Assembly: GCA_002189035.1 (NCBI GenBank)
Contig: NEEC01000030.1
Coordinates: 248,001-312,000 of the forward strand
Direction: 5' to 3'
DNA from: Utricularia gibba
Taxonomy: Eukaryota > Plantae > Magnoliophyta
Length of the DNA: 64,000 nucleotides
Numbering within the stretch: the first letter of the stretch is position 1; each line of letters starts with the position of its first letter. Below, one piece after another: positions 48,827-60,169 of this stretch. Both the position numbers and the translations under genes were made by a program. The notes under the pieces were generated by a model. That model saw only the letters and a list, made by a program, of their open reading frames with translations, had not been told where the DNA came from and ran no database searches.

Positions 48827-51800
48827 TGTTGATAAATCCATTGATCAACAAGCCCAAAGATGCATGCAAAGCCCAAGAGAATAAGGCTCCATAGACCAGC
48901 CATTGAATGTCTTCCGACACGTTGCAGATATGGCAACTGCCACAAGTCAAAAGTAAATCTTTTGATTAGAAAATTTGTATTACAAATCATATGAACAATG
49001 AGTCTGTTTCAAGATGGGTTTTTGCCCTTCAATTTCATTTCAATATCCAAGATGGGGGTTTTTCCTTTGAATGGTATTAGAGCAAGGTTGTTAAAGTAGC
49101 AATGTTGCTTGTTAATGATCCGCAACCTATAGAAGAGGATGATGGTGCACCGAGCAATGAGCATTCTCACTCTACGGACTCTCCACAAGGAATGCCAGTA
49201 GAACTTATCTCCAATTTTGTGAAACTACATGGTTCAGAAAATCCGAACCAGTCCTTAGTCAGCACTCTTCCTACTCCAAGAAACTATAAACTTTGGAGTA
49301 GAGGAGTGCACATCGCCCTTAGAGCAAAGAAAAAGTTAGCCTTTGTTGATGAGAGGCTTATTATGCCAAAAGAGTCTTCTATCTTTTATGATGACTAGCT
49401 TCAAGCGGATGCTATGGTTTTGGCATGGTTTATGAGCTCTATTTCACCTGATTTGCAGGCATCATTCAATTGTGAAACCTCTAGAGAGCTATGGATAGAA
49501 TTGCAGCAAAAATATGCTGGAAGCCCTGGTCCTATGTTATTTGAAATAAGAACAGAGTTAGCTAATCTGGTTCAAGGTAGTTCCACTATTAGCGACTATT
49601 ACACAAAACGGAAGCTCATATGGGAAGATTTTATTTCAGGAATGCCTACAACATTATGTACCTGCAGTCAACAAGTATCACTTTTCAATGTATTGAAGAA
49701 CAACTTTTTCATAGATTTTCTCATGGGGTTGAACCCTAAATATGAGGTATGAGGTTACTAGAGGTCAGATCTTGCTTATCAAGCCATTACCAACCATTGA
49801 TGAGGTTCTTTCAATGGTTCTAGGCATTGATAAATAGAAACATCTTAGTGAATCAATGAAACAAGAACATCAACATAGTGTTAGGGTCACACAAAGACAA
49901 GCAAGACCTAGATTAATGCAAGATAGGAAAAGTACATCTAGAAATTATGGAACACCAAAGGACAGTGTTGCTTTTCATCCTAGAGACAAGGGAACAAGAA
50001 AGTGTAGTTATTATCTTCTTCAGGGACATGGAGAAGACTTTGCTTCCTCATTCATGGAGTATTTGCAATGTTTAAAGAAATTCATGGAGAAAATTAGGAT
50101 AATCAACTAAAGAAGATTGTTGAGCTCAAGGAGAAATCTCAACAATATTCCAACCTAGAGCATACCTCGGATGTTGTAGGAAAACTGGAATCTATTCCTA
50201 TCATCAACAATTTGCATCTATGTGGTAATGTTGCAGCACATCATGAAAATAATCTTGTTTCTTAGATCATTGATACAAGAGCGACTACACATGTGAGTTA
50301 TTAGAGAAATAACTTTACCTCCTTATAGGCGCTCCGAGTTCCAATAAAGATTCATCTTCCAAATGGGAGTACCTATGCAATGAAATATGTAGGGGATGTT
50401 ACGCTTAGTGAAAATTTGCACATGGGAGAAGTTTTATTTATATATGAGTTTAAACAAAATTTAGTTTCAGTGCCTAAGCTCTTGGTTGAAAATGATCTAT
50501 TATGTGTTTTCAGCTCAACTACCTGTATTTTTCAGGACCGAAAGAATAAAAGGTTTAGAGGTAAAGAAAGCTTAGTCAAGGGACTCTACTAGCTAGACTC
50601 ACCTTTTTCCAAGAATAATTTCTCTTCCTTTGTTTTAGACGACATCCATTGTTTTCCTTCAAGTATTTTGTATGCTGGTGATGTTTTCTCTAAATCAATT
50701 CTATGGCATATGTGATTAGGGCATGCACCTGCACATATTCTGAGAAAACTTGATTTAATATCTTTGAAAGAGGAATCAGATTTAAAACCTTGTGAATTGT
50801 CAAGTTCACTTATCCTTTATCCTTAATACAAGTTCACTTATCCTTTAGTATTAGTGAAGGCGTTGCAAGAGATTTATTTAAAAAACTCCACATGGATGTT
50901 TGAGGACCATACAAGGTGCGCACTTTATCTAATACTCGTTCATTTCTCAGTATTGTTGATGATAAGAACAAGGGCAACTTGGACATATCTGTTGGAATAT
51001 AAATCAGAGGCAGTCAGTGCAATTAAGGATCTGATTAATAAGATAGAAAGACAATTTGAGAAGAAGGTTAAGATAATACAAACTGACAATGGAGGGGGAA
51101 TTTGTGAATGAGCAGTTGAAGTCTTTCTTTGATGAGAAAGGAATATTCCATTACACCACTTGTGTTTACACACCTGAGAAAAATAGACAAGTTGAAAGGA
51201 AACACATACATTTATTGGAGGTGGCCAAAGCTCTAATGCATCAATCCAATGCTCCAATTGAGTTGTGGGGAGAGTTGCTTCTTATGGCAACATATATTAT
51301 CAACAGGTTGCCTTCAACAAATCTACAAGGTAAAACATCAATTGAGGTGTTATTCAAATGGAAACTTGATATGTTGCAGGTATGCACTTTTGGTAGCCTA
51401 TGTTTCTATGCAGATCCATTGAAGCATATGGATAAATTTGCTACAAGGGGAAAGAAAGGAATCTTTGTTGGATATACTATGGGAAAGAAAGGATTCAAAG
51501 TATTTGACTTGGTTTCTAGGGAAGTAATTATTTCAAGAGATGTTATTTTTCATGAGGGGATTTTTCCTTACAAAGCCTGCAATCCTGTAAGTGACACACA
51601 TGGTGTATTATTGTTATTAGATACTAAGGTGTTTCAAGGCAGTTTTGAAGAATCAGGGAATGAAAACCTTATCTTTGATGAGGTTGGAGGACCTGCTCTC
51701 ACACCATTACAAGTTGACGAGCCAGATTCTGAGTTTCAAGATACATCCAATTTTACTCCTCCTGAAATTACCTTGTCAGAGCTTGCAGTAAGAAGGAGTG

Positions 51801-53655
51801 AGAGATACAAAACACCACCAACTTGAATGGAAGACTATATATGTTCTATCAATGAATGCAGAACAGGAGAACTTGAACCAACTAATTTTGCAAAGGCTAG
51901 CAAAGATCCAAGTTGGTGCAAAGCAATGGATCTTGAAACAGAGGCATTAGAACGCAATGGGACATGGATCCTGGTCAATCCACCAAGTAACTACAACCTG
52001 ATTGGCAGAAAATGGGTCTATAAAATTAAACCCAGTCATGATGGTACCTTGTCCAAGAAGAAGGCAAGATTAGTTGCACAAGAATATTCTCAAAAAGAAG
52101 GAAAAGGTTATGAAAATAGTTTTTCACCTGTGGCTAAAGCAACCAGCATCAAATTGGTTCTTGCTTTATGAGCTACCTATAATTGGCATTTGCATCAAAT
52201 TGATGTGACTAATGCATTCTTACATGGTCGTTTGGAAGAGGACATCTACATGAAGTCACCAGAGGGATACCCCACACAAGGAATGGTATGCAAGCTCATG
52301 AAGTCGCTATACGGACTTAAACAGGCTTCAAGACAATGGAATAAAGAACTCACCTCTAAATTATCAATGTTAGATTACAAATAGAGTCAACATGATCCCT
52401 GCTTGTTTTTCAAAGACAATGCTATGGATTTGACAGTGTTGCTCATTTATGTTGATGATTTGCTGCTAACAGGGACTTCCTTGGATGAAATCAAAATAGT
52501 GAAACAATCCTTAGATGACTGGTTTATAATTACAGTTCTTGGAGAGGTCAAATATCACCTGGGACTTCAGATCCTTAAGTCTGATAAAGGTTTATTTCTC
52601 AGTCAAAGAGCATATGCAGAAGCGATAATCGCTGATCTTAATCTTTTGGATGAACCGAATCCAGATTTTCTACTATCGCACCATTTCAGTTTTTTAGATC
52701 ATCCTAGAAAATTATTACCAAATCCTACACATTACAAAAAACTTGTTGGTCGTTTATTGTATCTTGGTTTTTCCAGATCAAACCTATCCTATTCAACACA
52801 ACTTTTAGGCCAGTTTATGGAGAATCCTTGCAAAGAGCATTGGCAAGCAAAATTACGAGAGGAAAAATATTTGAAGGGAACAGTAGATAAAGGGTTGTTT
52901 TACTTGAGAGATGGGTCACAGAGTTTGAAAGGATATTGTGACTCCAATTGGTCATGTTGTCCGTTTACCAGAAAATCCTTGATGAGATATGCTATCTTCT
53001 TTGGTACATCACTAATTTCCTAGAAAACTAAGAAACAATCCATAGTGTCAAGGTCTTTTGCAAAAGCCAAGTATCGAAGTATGGCTATGATAACTTGTGA
53101 AATCAAATGGTTAGGTTATCTTCTAATAGAGATTTGTTTTTAGACAAAAGAAGCGGTGCCGCTATTTTGTGATAGCAAAGCCGCAATCCAAATTACTAAA
53201 AATCCAATCTACCATGAGAGGACAAAGCACATTGAGGTTGATTGTCATATTGTGAAGAAATCTTACAAACAGAGAGTAATCTAACTGGAATACATTGGAG
53301 CGAAAGAACAAATAGCAGATTTCTTTACCATACCACTAGGGTCTAAAGAGTTTCATGCTTTCCTTTCAGATCTTGGACTCATTTTCGAATAGTGCCTCGG
53401 CCCAAGGAGAGGAAGATTGAACGGTGCAAGTGGTGACATTTATGCATGTATTAATAGTATACCAAGTGATGGAATTCACCAAAAAGAAATTGCACACGGC
53501 ATTGAAGCGATGAAGTTAATTGATATGACCAAAGCTAGGTTGGGCCTAAGGAGGGGATGTTGATAAATCCATTGATCAGTAGGCTCAAAGATGGGGGTCC
53601 ACAGTTACGCCATTGAATGTCTTTGGATATCCAAGATGGGGGTTTTTCCTTTGAA
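48827..53655 (+). mobile_element. Ty1/copia LTR retrotransposon, Ale/Retrofit-like, degenerate
   Basis: LTRs 48827-49071 and 53558-53655 share both ends. PBS TGGTATTAGAGC (tRNA-iMet, 11/12) at 49072-49083. PPT aaggagggga at 53548-53557. Domain order gag-PR-INT-RT-RH. No clean TSD. Confidence 0.92.
49102..53390 (+). pseudogene. Copia gag-pol polyprotein with many stops and frameshifts
   Basis: NYKLWSRGVHIALRAKKKLAFVD (gag N-term); KIIQTDNGGEF, VYTPEKNRQVERKHIHLLEVAKAL (INT); [46 protein letters not shown] (RT); [16 protein letters not shown] (RH). Confidence 0.95.
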
Positions 53656-54105
53656 TCTTGTTTTTATATTCAACACATCTTTGCTTTGTATTCCACGCTT
53701 TTATGAAAGGATGGAGTCGGACCCATCAACCGCATAGGTTTGCACCATCAGAGATCCGACTCCCATTATCGGTCCATGTAATTGGCGTGTATCCATACAG
53801 CCCCGGCTCCCATACTTAGATTTCGTTTCTCCACCGATCGGCCACCGTCAAGTTGCCACGAGCCTACCCGATCACAACCTTCGTTCATGTCAGACCAAAG
53901 CACCGACAACGTGTCACAAATTTCCGTCGTCCGGGACAGCGGTGAACACTTGTGGTTGTGTTACCTCATCTTCGATGTTCACATTTTAGCAGGTTTCATT
54001 TATACCAATGGCATGTTCTCTGAAATCAAACAAATAAAATGGCATGAGTTTTTTACGCTCCTACCCCTTGTATTGTATAACGATATTTAAAGCAAAAAGA
54101 TGTAG

Positions 54106-54208
54106 ACGTGGTATCTGTGCCCCAAGGATATTTTTAGGGCCTTATACTTTTTATCACAATAAATAAAGAAGATAGTGAGTCTCACAAAATATATTATATC
54201 GACGTGGC
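54106..54208 (+). promoter_or_regulatory. Two ACGTGG (G-box/ABRE-like) motifs flanking a TATA-like AT stretch upstream of the PPR gene
   Basis: ACGTGG at 54106-54111 and ACGTGGC at 54202-54208; atatattatat at about 54189-54199; CT-rich leader at about 54300-54350. Motif match only. Confidence 0.35.
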
Positions 54209-54485
54209 CACCTCTCCGGTCGTTGAATGAGCGCAGGATCGTGGAAGAAACTGCTGCTTTCTCCACGCTCCTTCCTTCACACACACTGCTGCAAGTTCAC
54301 ATATTCTCCTTTCCTATCTTTTCCTTCTCTTCCGCTTCAATTGGTGGACCTTTTTTGGTCTATGCTGCTTCTCCTCCGTGGATCTCTTCTTAACGGAAAT
54401 TATTGGCATATACCCTATTTTGACTTTGAAGGGTAAGGTATCCTGATTGCTGGGATTCATCATCAGGGCAGCCCTTGGCTGAGAG

Positions 54486-55205
54486 ATGCTGGTTCTTGCC
54501 GCGATTTCACCGATGAATAATCTGGGGTTGACCTATTTCACACCAGCCAAACGTTACGTTTTTTTCGCAACCCATCGGAGGCTTAAAGTTCCACCTTTTC
54601 ATAGAATATCTAAAAGTGGGACTGGGAGCTGGGTTTCGTTTAACGACGCCGGTACGATTGGATTGGTGAAATCTGTTGGGTTTGATGTAATGATCACCAG
54701 TGATGATGAGGAGGAAATGAGTGAAGGGTTCTTCCATGCGATTGAGGAACTTGAGCGGATGGGCCGTGAGCCGTCTGATGTTCTCGAAGAAATGAACGAC
54801 AGATTGTCCGCCCGCGAGATGCAGTTGGTTTTGGTGTATTTTGCACAGGAGGGTAGGGATTCTTGGTTTGCATTAGAGGTGTTTGAGTGGTTGAAGAAGG
54901 AAAATAGAGTAGATAAGGAGACGATGGAGTTGATGGTTTCTATTATGTGCAGTTGGTTGAAGAAATTGATCGAGGCAAATAATAAAGTGGAGGAAGTTGT
55001 TGATCTTTTGCTCGAGATGGATTGTATTGGGTTGCAGACAAGTTTCAGTATGATAGAGAAGGTGATTTCTTTGTACATGGAGGCTGGTAGCAGAGAAAAA
55101 GCAATATTGTTTGTCAAGGAGGTTTTGAGGAGAGGCATATTTTGCTTGGAGCAAGATGAAGGGAATAAGGGTGGACCGGTGGGATACTTGGCTTGGAAGA
55201 TGATG
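54486..55205 (+). CDS. PPR protein (At2g30100-like, predicted chloroplast), exon 1
   Basis: 240 open codons: EGFFHAIEELERM.REPSDVLEEMNDRLSARE.QLVLVYFAQEGRDSW..LEVFEWLKKENRVD...GGPVGYLAWKMM. The exon ends at a GT donor (ATG/GTATTG, phase 0). The N-terminus looks like a transit peptide. Confidence 0.93.
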
Positions 55206-55503
55206 GTATTGCCGATTGCTTAAATCTTTTTTGTTTTGAATTCGGTCATTTTGGATTGCATTTGATCACTTCTAGCACCGTATATTTGATAGGTTTGCTA
55301 GCGGAAATGCATTAGGAAGGATCACTTTTAGCATACGTGTAAGCTGAAAGAGCACATATGAGTAGTGAATGCTTTGAATTATCTACGTTGCCCTCTGGGC
55401 ACCTCCAATGATCTATTTCTATGCCAATCGTGTTCTTCTTCCCTTTATATATTTCTTGCATCCCTGGTTTCTTCAGCGAAGTTCTATTTTTATACTGTTT
55501 CAG

Positions 55504-56274
55504 GAGGAGGGCAGCTACATGGATGCAGCAAAGTTAGTGATCCATCTCAGGGAATGTGGACTGAAGCCAGATGCATACAGTTATCTGATTGCCATGACAG
55601 CGATTCTTAAAGAGCTAAATGAATTCGGGAAGGCACTGCGAAAGCTAAGAAGTCTCAAGGACGGGATGGTTTCTGAGCTAGATGCAAATGATGTTTGGCT
55701 TACTGAGAAGTATCAACAAGATCTTCTGAATGATGGCCTTCTCGTGTCTTCTTGGGTTATCGAAGAGGGGGGGCCATCCTTTCGCGCAGTCGTACACAAG
55801 AGACTTCTTGCCATGTATGTCTGTGCTGGTCGGGGTGTTGAGGCTGAGAGACAGCTATGGGAAATGAAGCTCCTTGGCAGGGAAGCCGATGGAGATCTGT
55901 ACGACATCGTCATGGCCATATGCGCGTCTCAAAAGGAATCCAGCTCTGTCGCACGGCTCCTTACCCGAATCGATGCTGCAAGTTCCAAGAGCAAGAGAAA
56001 AACATTGTCTTGGTTGCTTAGAGGCTACATGAAAGGCGGCCACTACCAGAACGCTGCTGAAATAGTGACGAAAATGCTGGAAGCGGGATTGTATCCCGAG
56101 TTTTCGGACAGAGTTGCGGTCCTGCAGGGGCTTAGCAGAAGAATCCAGCAATCAGGTATTATGGATACTTACATCTCCCTCTGCAAACGCCTGGCAGATG
56201 TAGAACTCATCACTCCTTCCGTCATATATCTGCATCTCAAGAAACACAAGCTTTGGATCATGAAAATGGTTTGA
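55504..56274 (+). CDS. PPR protein (At2g30100-like), exon 2; spliced product 496 aa
   Basis: Acceptor tttcAG at 55502-55503 after a 298-bp intron, in frame. GLKPDAYSYLIAMTAILKELNEF, RLLAMYVCAGRGVEAERQLWEMKL, SWLLRGYMKGGHY, KLWIMKMV-stop, as recalled for At2g30100 orthologues. Confidence 0.93.
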   Translation, partial: EEGSYMDAAKLVIHLRECGLKPDAYSYLIAMTAILKELNEFGKALRKLRSLKDGMVSELDANDVWLTEKYQQDLLNDGLLVSSWVIEEGGPSFRAVVHKRLLAMYVCAGRGVEAERQLWEMKLLGREADGDLYDIVMAICASQKESSSVARLLTRIDAASSKSKRKTLSWLLRGYMKGGHYQNAAEIVTKMLEAGLYPEFSDRVAVLQGLSRRIQQSGIMDTYISLCKRLADVELITPSVIYLHLKKHKLWIMKMV

Positions 56275-56724
56275 GTTTCGACCCAAACCCGTTTCTGATC
56301 CTTGTGAAGAAGTAGCAGCTACTGTGTGCATAGGGACGGTATATATGAATGTATACATGAATAAACTGTACAACTTTGACTCTTTGACATATACAATTGC
56401 AGTAAAAAATTGCAAGAGCAGCGGAACACACTACATTTATTGCGTTTTGGATGTCCCAGGCTTCTGAGCCGGAACCAAATGCACCGTAGTGAGGGATTCT
56501 CTTGAACGAAACGTATTCGTTACTGCCACGCGATTGACATTTGGATGAAAATTTAGGAAGCCAAAATCCTTTTTTTTTTGTTTTTTTTTTTTTGTTTCAG
56601 GTTCATGTTAATGAAGATCAAGAGGATAAGAAAACAAGTGAAAATCCATATTCAGATTCCTACGACAGGCAGAGAAGAATGCTGAATCCAGAAATGAGGC
56701 AACTCATTTGGGAATCTTCGCTGT

Positions 56725-58065
56725 TTATTCAGATCTGTTTGCGTACCTTTCTACCTTATCATCGTTGAGATTGATCCCCACCATCGCCTCCCCTAGGCCG
56801 CAGCAGATCTCCGCCAACACCTCAGGGTCACTGTAATGAGTAACCGCCTAAACTATAGCACGAGCTCGGCGAGCTGGGTCGCGGCTCTTGAAGACGCCGG
56901 ATCCCACGAAGAAGCCGTCGCAACCTAGCTACATCATCAGTGCGGCGTCTGCCGGAGTTGCTACTCCTCCTGCGGCGAAGTGGACCACAGGAAGACGGCC
57001 CAGCTGCTTCGCCTGCATCACGAGGTCGTAAGGCGCCTGAATCGTCTTGGCGAAAGTGAAAACCTCGTCATCGTCCATATTACGGAGAACCCGGATATTG
57101 CCCATCACAGACCTCACATGGCGCACCGCCTCGATGATGTTTCCGGTGCCAGCTTCGCCTTTTGAATGCGGCGGAGGGCCTCGCCCAGATTCCGGCATCC
57201 GCAGACGAAGGGGATGCGGAGTTATGCCTGTTGATGTGATTCACGTCGTCGGCTGGGGTGAGCACCTCCGACTCATCAACGTAATCGATACCAATCGCCT
57301 CGAGGATCTGAGCCTCCACGAAATGACCAATTCTTGCCTTCGCCATGAAGGAGAATGAAGATAATTCTGAGGTAAAAGCGAAGCGCAGCATTCAGCTGTC
57401 TGCATTGAAACAATTCGAGAGAATACAGCGATGAAGTGTCGAAGAAAGAAAAAAACCAGTGCTGCTGAATTGGGGATTATCATTATGGATACCTATGCCG
57501 CAAAGTGGGCTTCACAAATGCCAGGTCCAGACCACGAAGGCCCAGTCTGCAATACAGCTAGGCCTGTCTTGTTATCACCATACCAAATCACATAAAAGGC
57601 CTACTCTAGAATCTAACTGCTGGAGGCTACAGATGAATTAGCCGTGGCAACAATAACGGCTAATTTCAATTGTCTATAAATGTATGTAAAATGATCTAGA
57701 CATTGTGACTTTCAATCATTACATTCTCTTCATAACCATTCTCATACCTCAAAATACCATATCCAAGAACCTCTACACACACGCCATACTGCTTTCACGC
57801 CATACCCGGAATCGTAACCGCCTGCTAAATTTCCGCGGATCAGACATCCTTGCGACGTCTCCCTGCGCAGGAATGTCCACTGGGACCCTCTGTAGGGCAT
57901 GACGGCCTCCTCCGCGATGTGAGCTTGCTCCGGCGTGACGACATCCATAATAACACCACCACGGAGCATCTGCGTGAGACCCACCTTCAGTGAAAGGAAA
58001 TTGCTTGGCGGCGGTTCCGTAATTGCCCGATTTCCGTAGACGTTGAAGATGCCGCTCTCCACCAT
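56725..58065 (-). pseudogene. PDX1: Pyridoxal 5'-phosphate synthase subunit PDX1 pseudogene
   Basis: VYGN.AITE...[89 protein letters not shown] and ERYANRSE-stop. Disrupted by deletions, frameshifts, two CAG-to-TAG stops and an insert at 57347-57797. Confidence 0.96.
57347..57797. other. 451-bp non-PDX1 insert inside the PDX1 pseudogene
   Basis: PDX1 homology stops and resumes at a duplicated CGCCAT (57341-57346 and 57798-57803). No TIR, LTR or poly(A) seen. Confidence 0.88.
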
Positions 58066-58644
58066 TATAATCGTCAACGGTAGAATCGAGGATTGGGGTG
58101 TGATAGGGGATAAATCAGTCGAGGGTAACCGATTCCTAAAAGGCTGCCAAAAGGGGACTCTGAGGGGATAATGCCAGTCGACAGACCGATATCTGTCAGA
58201 AATCTGACAGGTATGGCCATATGACACAGTTTGGAAAGCGGACGAATTACGGCATAACAGGCGGTCGATATCTGAAAAGCGAGATCGTATAGCAGTTGCA
58301 GAAAGCAACCGGTATTTGCAGATGTCAGGGTTCAGTCAGATTGAGCTCTCCTATAAATAGAAGGAATTATGACGAACGCCGAAAAGGAGAGGGGGGGAAA
58401 AAAAAGAGGATTCTTCAACTTGTATTCTCTTCTTCACCACCTCCATCTAGTGGAAACCTTTTCCGGTGAGCTCCGGTAGCTCCGTAGTTTTTCCGCTTTC
58501 CGGCGGTTTCCACGTAAAAATCTTTGCTCATTTTTACTTCAATTGAACCAATCATGAAAAACGCGACTAAGTGCGACAGTCCCGATCGCACCTAACACCT
58601 TAAATCGACCTCCCGCCGAATACCGATTTCACTCGTAACATTTT

Positions 58645-58662
58645 TGGCGCCCACCGTGGGGC
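58645..58662 (+). other. Primer-binding site, tRNA-Lys(CUU)
   Basis: TGGCGCCCACCGTGGGGC, 18/18 complementary to the plant tRNA-Lys(CUU) 3' end as I recall it, 4 nt after the LTR end. Confidence 0.9.
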
Positions 58663-58718
58663 CCTGTTCTACAGCCCCACTTGAGAAACCCACAGGAGCC
58701 ACCCGTTAATCACGGATC

Positions 58719-59944
58719 ATGGCGGAAAATAGCACAGCCACCGACCCGGCTCAAAACGGAAGCGCCAACGCGCGAGACCTCGGCCTTATGATCACCAGTA
58801 GGGAGCAACTGAAGGCCCTGCTAACAGAAATCCTCGCTGACCTCCGGGCACCTTCAGATCTCAACTCCAACGCCCAGGAGGGAACACCCGTAACTGCACC
58901 ACGAATGGAGAAGCAACCTCTTATTCCGGATTACCCCCGGATACGGAAACTGAATCCGAAACCGAGGAGGAGATGCTGCGAAGAAAGAGGTGCAACCAAG
59001 TCATATATGAGCCAGGAACTGATAGGGAAAACATGGCTGGAAAAATCTTGGAAGAAAGGGAAGAAGAGCTGAAGAGAGAGTTAGACCAGATCCGCGAGAG
59101 GAGAAGACTTATCGACAAGCGGAGATCGACGGGAAGAAGAGAGGATAGGGGCTTCAGGGACGTTTTCGATCAGAACATATCCACCGGGAGAGGGGGCGTT
59201 CTGGCCGACATCGCTTTGGCCTTGAAGAGTGGGGTTGAGGGAGCAGCTGAGACCACAATGCTGCGTTTTGACCCCTTCTCAGACGATTTAGTCGAGGAAG
59301 AACCCGAGAGAGGATTCAGGGTCCCAAACGGATTAGCCACGTACGACGTGAAAGGGGATCCCATATCACACGTAACTGACTTCGATATGAGGATGTCCAC
59401 GGTTCAACATTCAGAGGCCATGAAGTGTAAGATGTTCGCTTGCTCGCTCTAGAAAGGAGCAAAGACTTGGTTCAAACAGTTAGAACCATGCAGTGTGGCA
59501 TCTTATCGGGAGTTAGTGCTGCTTTTCACTACCCGATACGCTGTCAACATCGAAGCTCCACCTTCAAAGGCAGCATTATACTCTGTTCGGTATGACCACC
59601 GAAAAGAGAGTTTGAGAAGGTTCATCAATCGATTTAACTGCCAAGTGCAAGACGTCCAGCTGGATTTAAAGGAGAGGGTGGAAATAATGAAACGGGCCTT
59701 AGGAACGTCGAAATTGGGACAGAGTCTATCAAAGTCCCCACCAAAGAATCTCGGAGAATTGCTAAGGAAAATCATGAAGTACATCAGAGTTGACGATGAC
59801 CTTAGGGCCGAGATGAAAAGCCGCGTGGAGATCCATCCAAGCCCGCAGCAAGAGACCCAACTTAACCGAGGGCCCAGGCCGAACAAGCGTCGTGAAATAT
59901 ATTAGGTGGAACCAACCAGAACAGATGCCTACTGCGAAATCCAC
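58719..59944 (+). pseudogene. Tat/Retand gag, fragmented
   Basis: PNGLATYDVKGDPISHV..F, KCKMFACSL*KGAKTWF, SYRELVLLFTTRY, ESLRRFINRFN. Confidence 0.85.
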
Positions 59945-60169
59945 ACCAAATGCAAGGCAGTCCCCCTACATTCGGGAAATCCATGTGATATCCAGAGGGA
60001 CCGAAATGGATGTATCCGAAAAAGCGCGGAAGAGATATTTGGATGAAGTCAAAAGAGGAGAAGTCTTCGAGATCGGAAATGGTCCGACTAAGAAAACTAC
60101 TTGGGAAAAAGAAGAGATCAGCTTCTCCGGCAGAGACGTCCCAGTCGCCCCAGCCACAAGAGATGAACC

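Noticed and set aside
54507-56151. Minus-strand ORFs (54507-54737, 54599-55138, 54873-55154, 55713-55919, 55855-56151) as genes
   Set aside because: They are antisense shadows of the PPR coding exons with no recognisable motifs.
56725-58065. Intronless GC-rich PDX1 as a bacterial pdxS transfer or retrocopy
   Set aside because: Plant PDX1 genes are normally intronless, and the N- and C-termini ([16 protein letters not shown]) are plant-type.
11562-58662. tRNA-like sequences at 11562, 21371, 25245, 49072 and 58645 as tRNA genes
   Set aside because: They are only 12-18 nt complementary to tRNA 3' ends and sit directly beside LTRs, so they are primer-binding sites.
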